Assembly (NCBI GenBank): GCA_016202865.1 | Contig: JACQNV010000010.1 | Coordinates: 1 to 42,271, forward strand | From: Candidatus Aenigmatarchaeota archaeon | GTDB lineage: Archaea; Aenigmatarchaeota; Aenigmatarchaeia; QMZP01; JACQNV01 | DNA length: 42,271 nucleotides | Direction: 5' to 3' | Part shown: in pieces, positions 1-7,673 of the stretch | Position numbering within the stretch: the stretch's first letter is position 1 | Layout: the number at the start of each line of letters is the position of its first letter | Made by a program: the position numbers and the translations under genes | The notes under the pieces: model-generated | Seen by the model: only the letters and a program-made list of their open reading frames with translations | Database searches by the model: none | What the model was told of the DNA's origin: nothing

Positions 1-18
1 GTATAATATTAGCTCCAT

Positions 19-2052
19 ATGTCCAAAAAGTCAAAAAACAGTAGTAGCCAAAAAAGGCTGAAGGGGCAAACTGAGATAGTTATAGTTCTGGCGATCCTTA
101 TCATAGTGGTTGCAGTCGTGGCATTTTCTTTCAGTAATATTGTAAAAAAACCACCTCTTCCTGAAAACCTGGCCGGTTTGGGTGAAAGCCTGAAAATAGA
201 GGTTCAGAACTCCATCATAGACAGTTCCAGATCTGCCTTAAAAGCAGTATCAACAAACGGCGGTTATTTGTCTGCAGCAAGCCTCCCTGTTACAGTTGAT
301 TACAAAGGCTCAAAAGTTGCTTACTGGCAGTTTGCGAATGCAAGCTTTGCCTTATCCAAAGATCAAATAGGAAAAGAAATAGCAAAAGGCATTAAAGACT
401 CTCTAAAAAACATCGACCCCCAAATTCTGGGCAACAAAATAGGCAAAAAGATTTCACTTGGAAACATCAATGATGCTACAGTGGATGTAGAAATCAGGGA
501 TTCGGAAATTGTCGCTACAATTAGAACACCATTATCCATTGAGGATTTCAGCGTAACTGATACAGTAGAAGTTTCTGTCCCAACAACATTAGGAAAATCC
601 CTTAATTTTGCTTCGGAGATGATAACAAAAAACCTTGAGAGAAACAGAAACGATAGGGGTGAAGAATACCAAAACAGATTCTTTGAATGGTTTACAATAA
701 CATCGCTTTATTCTTACAGGCTTAATGGAATTGACGGCCAGCCAAAAGTCCCTGTAACAAGCGGTCCTTTGATTGGTTGTGGAAAAAGTATATACAAGAC
801 ATGGTTTGATGTGAAGCCTGAATTGGAGGCTTTGTTAGAAGGCTCGCTAAAAAACACATTTATTGTAGGGACAACACCAAAAAACATCACATCAACATCA
901 TCATTCCAATCGCACACATTACCAGTGCACACTGACCAGAAGGTCACATTCAATTTAGGTGAACCGCTTTCAGAGAGATCCTTCCAGATGTACCCAAATC
1001 CGCTAACAGTTAGGACAGTCGCAGCCCCCTACACAACACTATGCGTCTCACCGCCTATAGTTGTAAACTACTGGTTATTATTCCCTGTAGTGGCAGAAGT
1101 TGGCGAGGGAGACGACAAGTTTAATTTTGCTTTCACTGTTTTTGTCAATAACGATGCTCCTGGAGAATATGGAGATGCAACAAGGTTTATAGACGCATGG
1201 AAACAGCAGGTAAACACATGCGAAAAAGCGCAATGCGATGCCACTGTTTATGTGGAAGATGGTGATGGCCCCCTTGGCCTAGCTCACATTAACTATGCAG
1301 GCTGTTATTTAGGAAGAACAGACAGGCAAGGCGTTCTGTCAGCCAGCGTGCCTTGTGGCATCAGTGTCTTGGAAATAAGCAAAGGCGATCATACATTATA
1401 TTCAGAAGTTGTTGGTTCGGGAGATCTGGAATACAAATCAGTCCACTTGCTGAAAACGCCAACACTCAAGCTTAACTTGGTCACAGTTGAATTTACAAAC
1501 CAGTCCGGAAGCCTTAAAGTGAGCAGTGTTGAATCAAACACAAAAGAAGTTTCCATCGGGTTTAAAGCAGGCAGCCAAGAAACAAGCCTGCAGTCTAGCG
1601 ATTCTACAACCTTAACAAAGGATGTCTCACCAGGATCCAATTCAGTCGTCTCTGTTGTTAGAAGTGGGGCGGGGGAGGAACTGGGCGGATTTTTCAATGA
1701 TTATATTATTGGTGAAAGAAACACAGAAGTGTGGGTCTATATACCTGTTTTGAAGGGGGGTTTAGGCATAGCGCCTCCGCCAAGTTTGCAGCTTACTCCA
1801 CAGGAGGAGAGCGAATATGACAGGCTTTTGGATGAAGGTGACAGCCAAAAAATCACAGCTTTCATAATAAAAACCGCGCAGTCGAAGGGCATAGACCAGT
1901 CTGAAATAAACAGCGATACATCGCCTGCCTTGGAGTTCGCCGAGAAAATAAACGACCTCTCAAAAGCCATTGTAGACTGTGGGACCAAATTGGGCGAAAG
2001 CCTTCCAATCAGCGAGAAACAGATAGATGTAAATAAGTTACTATCATGTTAA
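19..2052 (+). CDS. Module 1 component A: giant secreted protein with class III (type IV pilin-like) signal peptide, 677 aa
   Basis: ATG ORF. The N-terminus MSKKSKNSSSQKRLKG/QTEIVIVLAILIIVVAVVAF has a basic n-region, a G-Q junction, Glu at +3 and a ~20-aa hydrophobic helix, as in archaeal prepilin/archaellin signals. The C-terminal half has a CarboxypepD_reg-like beta-sandwich pattern (ATVYVEDGDGPLGLAHINYAGCYLGRTDRQGVLSASVPCGISVLEIS). It is a paralogue of 7674..9527 (shared KVAYWQ, NFAS, CG..I..TW.DV, VPCGIS). Confidence 0.8.
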   Translation: MSKKSKNSSSQKRLKGQTEIVIVLAILIIVVAVVAFSFSNIVKKPPLPENLAGLGESLKIEVQNSIIDSSRSALKAVSTNGGYLSAASLPVTVDYKGSKVAYWQFANASFALSKDQIGKEIAKGIKDSLKNIDPQILGNKIGKKISLGNINDATVDVEIRDSEIVATIRTPLSIEDFSVTDTVEVSVPTTLGKSLNFASEMITKNLERNRNDRGEEYQNRFFEWFTITSLYSYRLNGIDGQPKVPVTSGPLIGCGKSIYKTWFDVKPELEALLEGSLKNTFIVGTTPKNITSTSSFQSHTLPVHTDQKVTFNLGEPLSERSFQMYPNPLTVRTVAAPYTTLCVSPPIVVNYWLLFPVVAEVGEGDDKFNFAFTVFVNNDAPGEYGDATRFIDAWKQQVNTCEKAQCDATVYVEDGDGPLGLAHINYAGCYLGRTDRQGVLSASVPCGISVLEISKGDHTLYSEVVGSGDLEYKSVHLLKTPTLKLNLVTVEFTNQSGSLKVSSVESNTKEVSIGFKAGSQETSLQSSDSTTLTKDVSPGSNSVVSVVRSGAGEELGGFFNDYIIGERNTEVWVYIPVLKGGLGIAPPPSLQLTPQEESEYDRLLDEGDSQKITAFIIKTAQSKGIDQSEINSDTSPALEFAEKINDLSKAIVDCGTKLGESLPISEKQIDVNKLLSC

Positions 2053-2066
2053 TAATTGGGGATTAT

Positions 2067-5000
2067 ATGAGAAAAGGTAAGATAATAACAATAATAGCCG
2101 TGATGTGCGCATATCTAATCCTAGCTATGCCTTTGGGTCTAGCCCAGAGTATAGGCGTCACTTTTTACAGTTCAGATGGCACAACAAAGTTACCTGTTAC
2201 AGCTACATTGCCAACACCTCACGATCTTGTGACTAAAACGGTAAGCTTCTTGCCAGATCCGACAGGAACACTGCAAAATGTTTTGGTGAAATACGACATC
2301 AAGCAGAAAAACTATCCAATAAACAGGGGTTTTGTCTGGCTTTGTCAAAACCTAGAGCCCTCTGATTGTTTAGCTCAAAAAAAGGAGGCAATAGCCCTTC
2401 AGGAGTTTTTGAGTAAAGAAAGAGTCTGGAGCGATGTTGGGGAAATAACAGTCACATATCCGCAAAAAGGGAATGTGTTCATCCTATTGAACCTTGATGT
2501 TGTCACACAAACAGGAAGCTCGCAAAGCGTCTGGGTTGGAATTTGGGATGAGATAACAAGCCTTGGCGCAAATCTAAACCAATTCTCTGTCAGGACAAAC
2601 AGGATAGCACCAGAAAGCATAAATTTGATTTTAGAGAAAGACCAGTTCGCAAATCTCACAGCAGAATTCATCAACAACTTCTACATGATACCAAGATCAT
2701 GGGTTAAGGAAGTCCAGATACCAAAGGTAGAAGGAAATGTAGTCAACATAATTTCAGGCACACAGCTTGATAATTTAGACTCGCCTCAGCAGTTTGGCGA
2801 ACCACACAAAAGAACAGCAACAGACAGAATTCAGACAAAGACTTTGAAAAAACAATTCAACCTAGAATTCCCAATAGCCTCGCTTACAGGCGGCGATGTT
2901 GTGGCTTCACCTGTAACATTATTTAACAATCCAAAAGCAGTGTGCGGCGAGGATACAGATAAAGACGGCAATCTGTGCGACAGGAGCCTTGGTGAAAGCG
3001 AATCGACATGCTGTAAAGACTGTGGTTGCGATTCTTTGGGGTCAAACTTCACCTGTAGCGTGAGCCAGATAAGCGACAAAGATCCTGGTGCCTGTGTAAA
3101 TTCAAATGAGATTAAGCTAGTCATATCTGACATAGATTCAAGCCTTGTGTCTTGCGAGAGAAGTCATGAGATTGAATTCAACGCAAGGATAACAAACCCG
3201 CCAGGAGATTTGAATGTTGAAGAATGGTGGTATAATTTAGATAACAAAACAAAGAGATCAATAAGCTGCAGCAAGAAGCTTGTGCAAGAATATGGATGCC
3301 AGCTAACTATAGAACCGTTGGATGATTGTTCAGAAGGCGTTCATGTAGTTAAAAACAACAAGCTATTTGCAAATGTAAGATATTCACAAAACTCTGTTTC
3401 CAAAGAATTGTCAACGCCTTTGCCTGATTTTGTTTTAAACCAAAGATCTATAAGCCAAGACCAGATAAGGGAGTTCATTGTGGCTGAATTCAAGACAATC
3501 AATAATGATTTAAAAGAAGGCGTGGAGCAAGCAAAAGATTTGATGAAAACCTGTGTAAAGTTTTTGAAATATAGTTTATATGCTGGTCTAGGGGCAGCAG
3601 CAATCACAGCCGCAGCAGCTTTGTATGAAGGCGGTAAAGCCATTAATTTATGGGGCGGCCCCAACAGTTTGATAGGGGCAAAAACAATTGGTGGTATAAT
3701 AGGCGGGGCAGCAGGCTTTGCAGCAGGCGGTCCTGTAGGAGCAGTATCAGGAGCTATATTTGGTAGTGGAGTAGGGAGTTGGTTAGGCCCTGGTAGCGGT
3801 CCAGCGCCACCAACATTCTCGCAAGGCCAGACCCTTACACCTACTCAACTTCAAGCTTTAGGCGCTCAACCTGGAAGCTCATTCACCAATGGTGGTTACC
3901 AATACACGCTTTCAGGAAATACAGTTCAAACAGTTAGCACCCCAATAAATGCTCCGGGGATTGGCCAACAATTAACAGCAAATCACTTTGCCTTAGGGTT
4001 CCCGCAAACAGGGAGCGTAACTTGGCAAGCTGGTAACGGCCAGACAAATACATACACAATGACAAATGGCGTGGTTACAGGAATAGCGCCTGCCACAGCG
4101 ACAGGTGTGGGAATAGTTCCAGCCGGCTTGTCTCCAGCAGTACCAATCACATCAGTATCCACACCAGGCGTATCCCCAGTCACAACTAAATCCGGTCCTT
4201 ACACGCCAAGCGGTACAATTTTATCTTTTGCAGAGTATCTTTCATTTGTAGATGGAACACAAATAGCGCCTATAATAGTAAATGCAGGCGCGCAGGGGCT
4301 CCAACACCTTGCTCTCCAATTTGGCCAAGCCTTCACTGGGACAGCCTCTGCCTTAAGCAGCGCATCTTTGAATATTTGCCAAGCAGCAAGCCAGATAATG
4401 GATGTATACAGCAGGATGGCAAATGCCCAATCATTCTTTGTTAAATTCCAATTATGTTTGCATAACTTTGACAACCTAATGGGTAATGGCGCATGCGATG
4501 GGGGCAAAGGATCAACAACATCCAATGCTTTATCTGCTTCGCAATCTTGCATGAATTTATTGCAAGGATGCATGACAGACTTAAAACAAATGTCAAATGA
4601 AGTTAAGGATTTCACAACAAGCCTCGCAGCACAACAGCAAAATTATGCCAACCAGTTGCCATCATCCAGAGCAGTTGATTTCTGGGTGGAAGAACTAGAG
4701 CCAATTACAGGGTTCCCAGATGGAAGAGGTAGGGTTGGAAATACTTGCGATCAAAGATCAATAAAATTCGGTTACACACCTACCTCAGTATGCTACACAC
4801 CCAAAATAACAAAGACACTGAAAACACATTCAGATAAAGTGAAGTCTGTTGACACTGAATCCAAAAACATTGTTTCAAGGGCAGACACATTGATAAGATA
4901 CGCTTCAGATTACACTTCCACTCAACCAGGAGCAGCTGACATAGCCAGAAACCAGACAATTTCAGTCGCAAAACAAATAGACACAAGTTCCAAGCTAATA

Positions 5001-6056
5001 AAGTCTTCAGCCCAGGACCAGTCAATAATAACATTGGCAGATAATATAGCTACCATAGCTGGCCAGATAATTTCCACTGCTCCAGTTCAGCTACTGGATG
5101 AAGCAACTGTGAAACAGCAAGCTTTGGATATAAGATCAGCAAGTTTAGACATACAAGGCCTAATTCCAGATTTGGTAAAGCAGGTTGATGTTACAGGCCA
5201 AGTTTTGGGAACAGCATGGTCAACAAAAGTCCAGGCAGACCAAGTATTTACAGAAGGTCCGGGCTCTTACACATTTGATTTCTCTTGCGGTGACAAGACA
5301 AATCCAGCAAAGGTCGATATTAAATACGAGACAGACTGTAGCAAATTACCACCACCAAGGGTTCCAAGCACAACAGCTGTCACAAGTCCTGTTGTAGGAT
5401 CAGCAACACCTGTTTCAACACCAGTTCCAACAACAGCAGCTGTCGCAATTAAATTAGGAAGCGATTACAACCAACCAACAGGAGTCCATCAAGGAATTGG
5501 AAAAGACAGCCAGCCAATAACAGATGGTTATGATAATAACAAGGAAGTTTTTGCTCTATTGACAAAACCAAATAATTCCGCGACTTGCGAAATAGACTGG
5601 GAACAAACAGGATTTATTTTATGGGTCCCATTGCAGGCAGTAGCTATAATTGGTACAAATCAAGATGTCGCAACTTACAATTTCACTGGAATTGTCACAG
5701 GAGGATTGGACGGCAAAAAAGATGTCAAGTTTAGATGCAAAGATTCTAACGGGACAATAACAGGAACAGCTATAGGCAGCATAAAAATCGACACAACTGA
5801 CCCAGTAGTATCCATAACCAAAATAGAAAAAACAAATGTTAACCCGCTACAAGTCAGGCTTGATTTGACAAGATCAGATGCAAATGGGATAAAAGCATGC
5901 GAAATCCAATGGCAATCAGGACATCCATTTGAGAAGATAGGGACAGCGATAAATTGGGTGCATGATTATAACATAACAGGAAGTTACCTTGTACAAGCAA
6001 GATGCTCAGATCCTGCAGGCAACTATGGTGTGACAAATAAGACCCATACATTATAA
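2067..6056 (+). CDS. Module 1 component B: very large Cys-rich surface protein with N-terminal signal peptide, central Gly/Ala-rich hydrophobic hairpin and C-terminal Ig-like domains (about 1329 aa)
   Basis: The long ORF runs 2046..6056. I prefer the ATG at 2067 (MRKGKIITIIAVMCAYLILAMPLGLA/QS is a Sec-type signal); the ATG at 2046 overlaps the stop of A1. A Cys module CGEDTDKDGNLCDRSLGESESTCCKDCGC lies at about 2941-3030. A Gly-zipper-like hydrophobic stretch lies at about 3570-3810. The C-terminus has Ig-like patterns (DTTDPVVSITKIE.., ARCSDPAGN). It is a paralogue of 9524..11635. Confidence 0.8.
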   Translation: MRKGKIITIIAVMCAYLILAMPLGLAQSIGVTFYSSDGTTKLPVTATLPTPHDLVTKTVSFLPDPTGTLQNVLVKYDIKQKNYPINRGFVWLCQNLEPSDCLAQKKEAIALQEFLSKERVWSDVGEITVTYPQKGNVFILLNLDVVTQTGSSQSVWVGIWDEITSLGANLNQFSVRTNRIAPESINLILEKDQFANLTAEFINNFYMIPRSWVKEVQIPKVEGNVVNIISGTQLDNLDSPQQFGEPHKRTATDRIQTKTLKKQFNLEFPIASLTGGDVVASPVTLFNNPKAVCGEDTDKDGNLCDRSLGESESTCCKDCGCDSLGSNFTCSVSQISDKDPGACVNSNEIKLVISDIDSSLVSCERSHEIEFNARITNPPGDLNVEEWWYNLDNKTKRSISCSKKLVQEYGCQLTIEPLDDCSEGVHVVKNNKLFANVRYSQNSVSKELSTPLPDFVLNQRSISQDQIREFIVAEFKTINNDLKEGVEQAKDLMKTCVKFLKYSLYAGLGAAAITAAAALYEGGKAINLWGGPNSLIGAKTIGGIIGGAAGFAAGGPVGAVSGAIFGSGVGSWLGPGSGPAPPTFSQGQTLTPTQLQALGAQPGSSFTNGGYQYTLSGNTVQTVSTPINAPGIGQQLTANHFALGFPQTGSVTWQAGNGQTNTYTMTNGVVTGIAPATATGVGIVPAGLSPAVPITSVSTPGVSPVTTKSGPYTPSGTILSFAEYLSFVDGTQIAPIIVNAGAQGLQHLALQFGQAFTGTASALSSASLNICQAASQIMDVYSRMANAQSFFVKFQLCLHNFDNLMGNGACDGGKGSTTSNALSASQSCMNLLQGCMTDLKQMSNEVKDFTTSLAAQQQNYANQLPSSRAVDFWVEELEPITGFPDGRGRVGNTCDQRSIKFGYTPTSVCYTPKITKTLKTHSDKVKSVDTESKNIVSRADTLIRYASDYTSTQPGAADIARNQTISVAKQIDTSSKLIKSSAQDQSIITLADNIATIAGQIISTAPVQLLDEATVKQQALDIRSASLDIQGLIPDLVKQVDVTGQVLGTAWSTKVQADQVFTEGPGSYTFDFSCGDKTNPAKVDIKYETDCSKLPPPRVPSTTAVTSPVVGSATPVSTPVPTTAAVAIKLGSDYNQPTGVHQGIGKDSQPITDGYDNNKEVFALLTKPNNSATCEIDWEQTGFILWVPLQAVAIIGTNQDVATYNFTGIVTGGLDGKKDVKFRCKDSNGTITGTAIGSIKIDTTDPVVSITKIEKTNVNPLQVRLDLTRSDANGIKACEIQWQSGHPFEKIGTAINWVHDYNITGSYLVQARCSDPAGNYGVTNKTHTL

Positions 6057-6102
6057 CAATTTAACAAGCTGTGAAATGAACCATAAATTGGCCAGCAAAA
6101 CT

Positions 6103-6112
6103 CTAATATAAC
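6103..6112 (+). promoter_or_regulatory. Putative archaeal TATA box for 6131..7528
   Basis: CTAATATAAC is centred about 24 nt upstream of the ATG at 6131 in a 75-nt intergenic gap. The spacing fits a leaderless or short-leader archaeal transcript. Confidence 0.3.
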
Positions 6113-6130
6113 CTCAACCTTATTTATTAT

Positions 6131-7528
6131 ATGTATTCCAAACATCCAAAACTTCTACTAGCCTTCAGCCTCTTCGGTTTATTCACATTTCTACTGTTAT
6201 TTGCTTCTTCCAGCCATGCCCTATTAACTGATGGTGTTGTAGTTGGCATACCGCCAAACGGTGCATGGAGAGCGACAGTTGAACTGCCTGATGATTACGG
6301 TGTGGTTGGCGGGATAACAGAATTTGTTGTGAAAACAGATTGCGACGACTGGTGCGATCTGCATTATGCAAAGGTTGTGACAGACTCCAAAAATCCAGTA
6401 CGCCTCCCTCTATACATATCAAGCCAAGGAAAGCAAATTGGGGATAAAAAAACATTCAGGATAGACATATCTGCTCTTGGCGTGACAAATAGCTATGATT
6501 ACGGTATCTGCGTAACTGGCTCAGCAAACACAAACAAAGGCTCTGTAGCAGATCCATGCAAAACAGTAAACTCTGAAAACGATGCCTTCAGCCTTTCAAT
6601 CTCACCTGATCCCGTATATGCTCAGCCAAATAGCCAAGCAGAATACACAATCTCTGTCTATTCCCAAGCTGTGATGGAAGTTGAAGTAAAATCGCTGCTA
6701 ACTGGGAAAACATGGAGCATCGTGACAGATCCAGACAAGAGGATTACAGCAACAGACAAATATCTGGTTGGTGACAATCCAGAACAAATAGAAGTAGAGG
6801 CGACAATCAAAGGCTGCACAAACTCCGATTTCTGCAAAAAGACAGCAACAGCGGCTTTAATTCCCACAAGCGCACCACCAAACCAAGCTGGCGGCGATTT
6901 CTCAATAAAAATAGACCCTGCATCAATAACAGGAAAAAAAGGCTTCCCGATAAGCTATTCCCTTGACATAACAAATCACAAGAACGAAAAATCTTATGAC
7001 ATTGAGATCATACTACCAGACAGCGGACTTGAAACAGACTTTAAGCCAATATATGGAAAATCAATTTCTGGCAAAGAAAATATAGCTTTCAAGGTAACGC
7101 CAACTGGAGATCAACAGTCATACACCTTCCAGATGAAAGTCACATCAAGCCAGGGAATAACAAAGCTCACTGATGCAACAATAAATGTTAATGAGATTGT
7201 AAACGATGCCATAAACACAGCTTCTGGCGGCGAGTTGGACGCAGAGGCTTTGAGAAAACTGAATGAATGGAAAGCTAAATATAAAGACTCTGATATAGGG
7301 ACACAAATAAAGGCAGCAGATGATCTGAATAAGCCCACAACTACACCAAAGGTTACAAGAACCCCAACACCTACAACACAGCCAAAACCAGAGACCAATA
7401 TAATGGATCTTCTACTTATTGTTGTCCCTGTGGCAGTTGTTATTGTCCTTCTACTGTTTATCCTAATTAAAAAAAGGGGCCATGTAGTTGAAGAAGGCGA
7501 AGAGGAAGGCGACTATAGCTGGAAATAG
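6131..7528 (+). CDS. Module 1 component C: secreted CARDB/NEW3-like (COG1470-like) surface protein with Thr/Pro stalk, C-terminal TM anchor and acidic tail, 465 aa
   Basis: Signal peptide MYSKHPKLLLAFSLFGLFTFLLLFASSSHA. Beta-rich repeats. Stalk TTTPKVTRTPTPTTQPKPE, then TM LLLIVVPVAVVIVLLLFILI, then KKRGHVVEEGEEEGDYSWK. It is a paralogue of 11626..13053 (GICV, PC, FCKK islands). Confidence 0.8.
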   Translation: MYSKHPKLLLAFSLFGLFTFLLLFASSSHALLTDGVVVGIPPNGAWRATVELPDDYGVVGGITEFVVKTDCDDWCDLHYAKVVTDSKNPVRLPLYISSQGKQIGDKKTFRIDISALGVTNSYDYGICVTGSANTNKGSVADPCKTVNSENDAFSLSISPDPVYAQPNSQAEYTISVYSQAVMEVEVKSLLTGKTWSIVTDPDKRITATDKYLVGDNPEQIEVEATIKGCTNSDFCKKTATAALIPTSAPPNQAGGDFSIKIDPASITGKKGFPISYSLDITNHKNEKSYDIEIILPDSGLETDFKPIYGKSISGKENIAFKVTPTGDQQSYTFQMKVTSSQGITKLTDATINVNEIVNDAINTASGGELDAEALRKLNEWKAKYKDSDIGTQIKAADDLNKPTTTPKVTRTPTPTTQPKPETNIMDLLLIVVPVAVVIVLLLFILIKKRGHVVEEGEEEGDYSWK

Positions 7529-7567
7529 GTCTGCAGACCTATTTCAACCCCTAACAGCTGGAAATAG
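7517..7567 (-). repeat. 39-nt palindromic insertion element, copy 1 (reverse orientation), with perfect 12-nt flanking direct repeat
   Basis: AGCTGGAAATAG occurs at 7517-7528 and again at 7556-7567, exactly 39 nt apart. Between them lies a perfect 24-nt palindrome GAAATAGGTCTGCAGACCTATTTC (7522-7545). Its reverse complement aligns with the copies at 12640..12687 and 15801..15848. The first direct repeat supplies the last 3 codons and the stop of 6131..7528. Confidence 0.75.
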
Positions 7568-7621
7568 CCTAATGAGTATATGGTGACATGAGACATCTCA
7601 GCACTCATTTCATAGTGAGAT

Positions 7622-7643
7622 GCTGAAACCGTAGGTTTTAAGC
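7622..7643 (+). repeat. Intergenic hairpin with core AACCGTAGGTTTT (copy 1 of 2)
   Basis: GCTGAAACC-GTA-GGTTTTAAGC. The 13-nt core at 7627-7639 is identical to 18778-18790. The outer stem differs in sequence but is still complementary. Confidence 0.3.
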
Positions 7644-7673
7644 TTAATGTACTAATTTTACCAAATTATATTA

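Noticed and set aside
7517-7567. I considered whether the palindromic 39-nt units could be CRISPR repeats or a degenerate array.
   Set aside because: The copies are single and dispersed (7.5, 12.7 and 15.8 kb). Two lie inside ORFs, no repeat-spacer periodicity exists, and there are no cas genes.
7568-7630. Box C/D sRNA candidate in the C1-A2 spacer (AATGAGT ... CTGA about 56 nt apart).
   Set aside because: The C box is AUGAGUA rather than RUGAUGA. There is no credible D' (CUGA) or C' box at the right spacing, and the terminal stem is only 4 bp.
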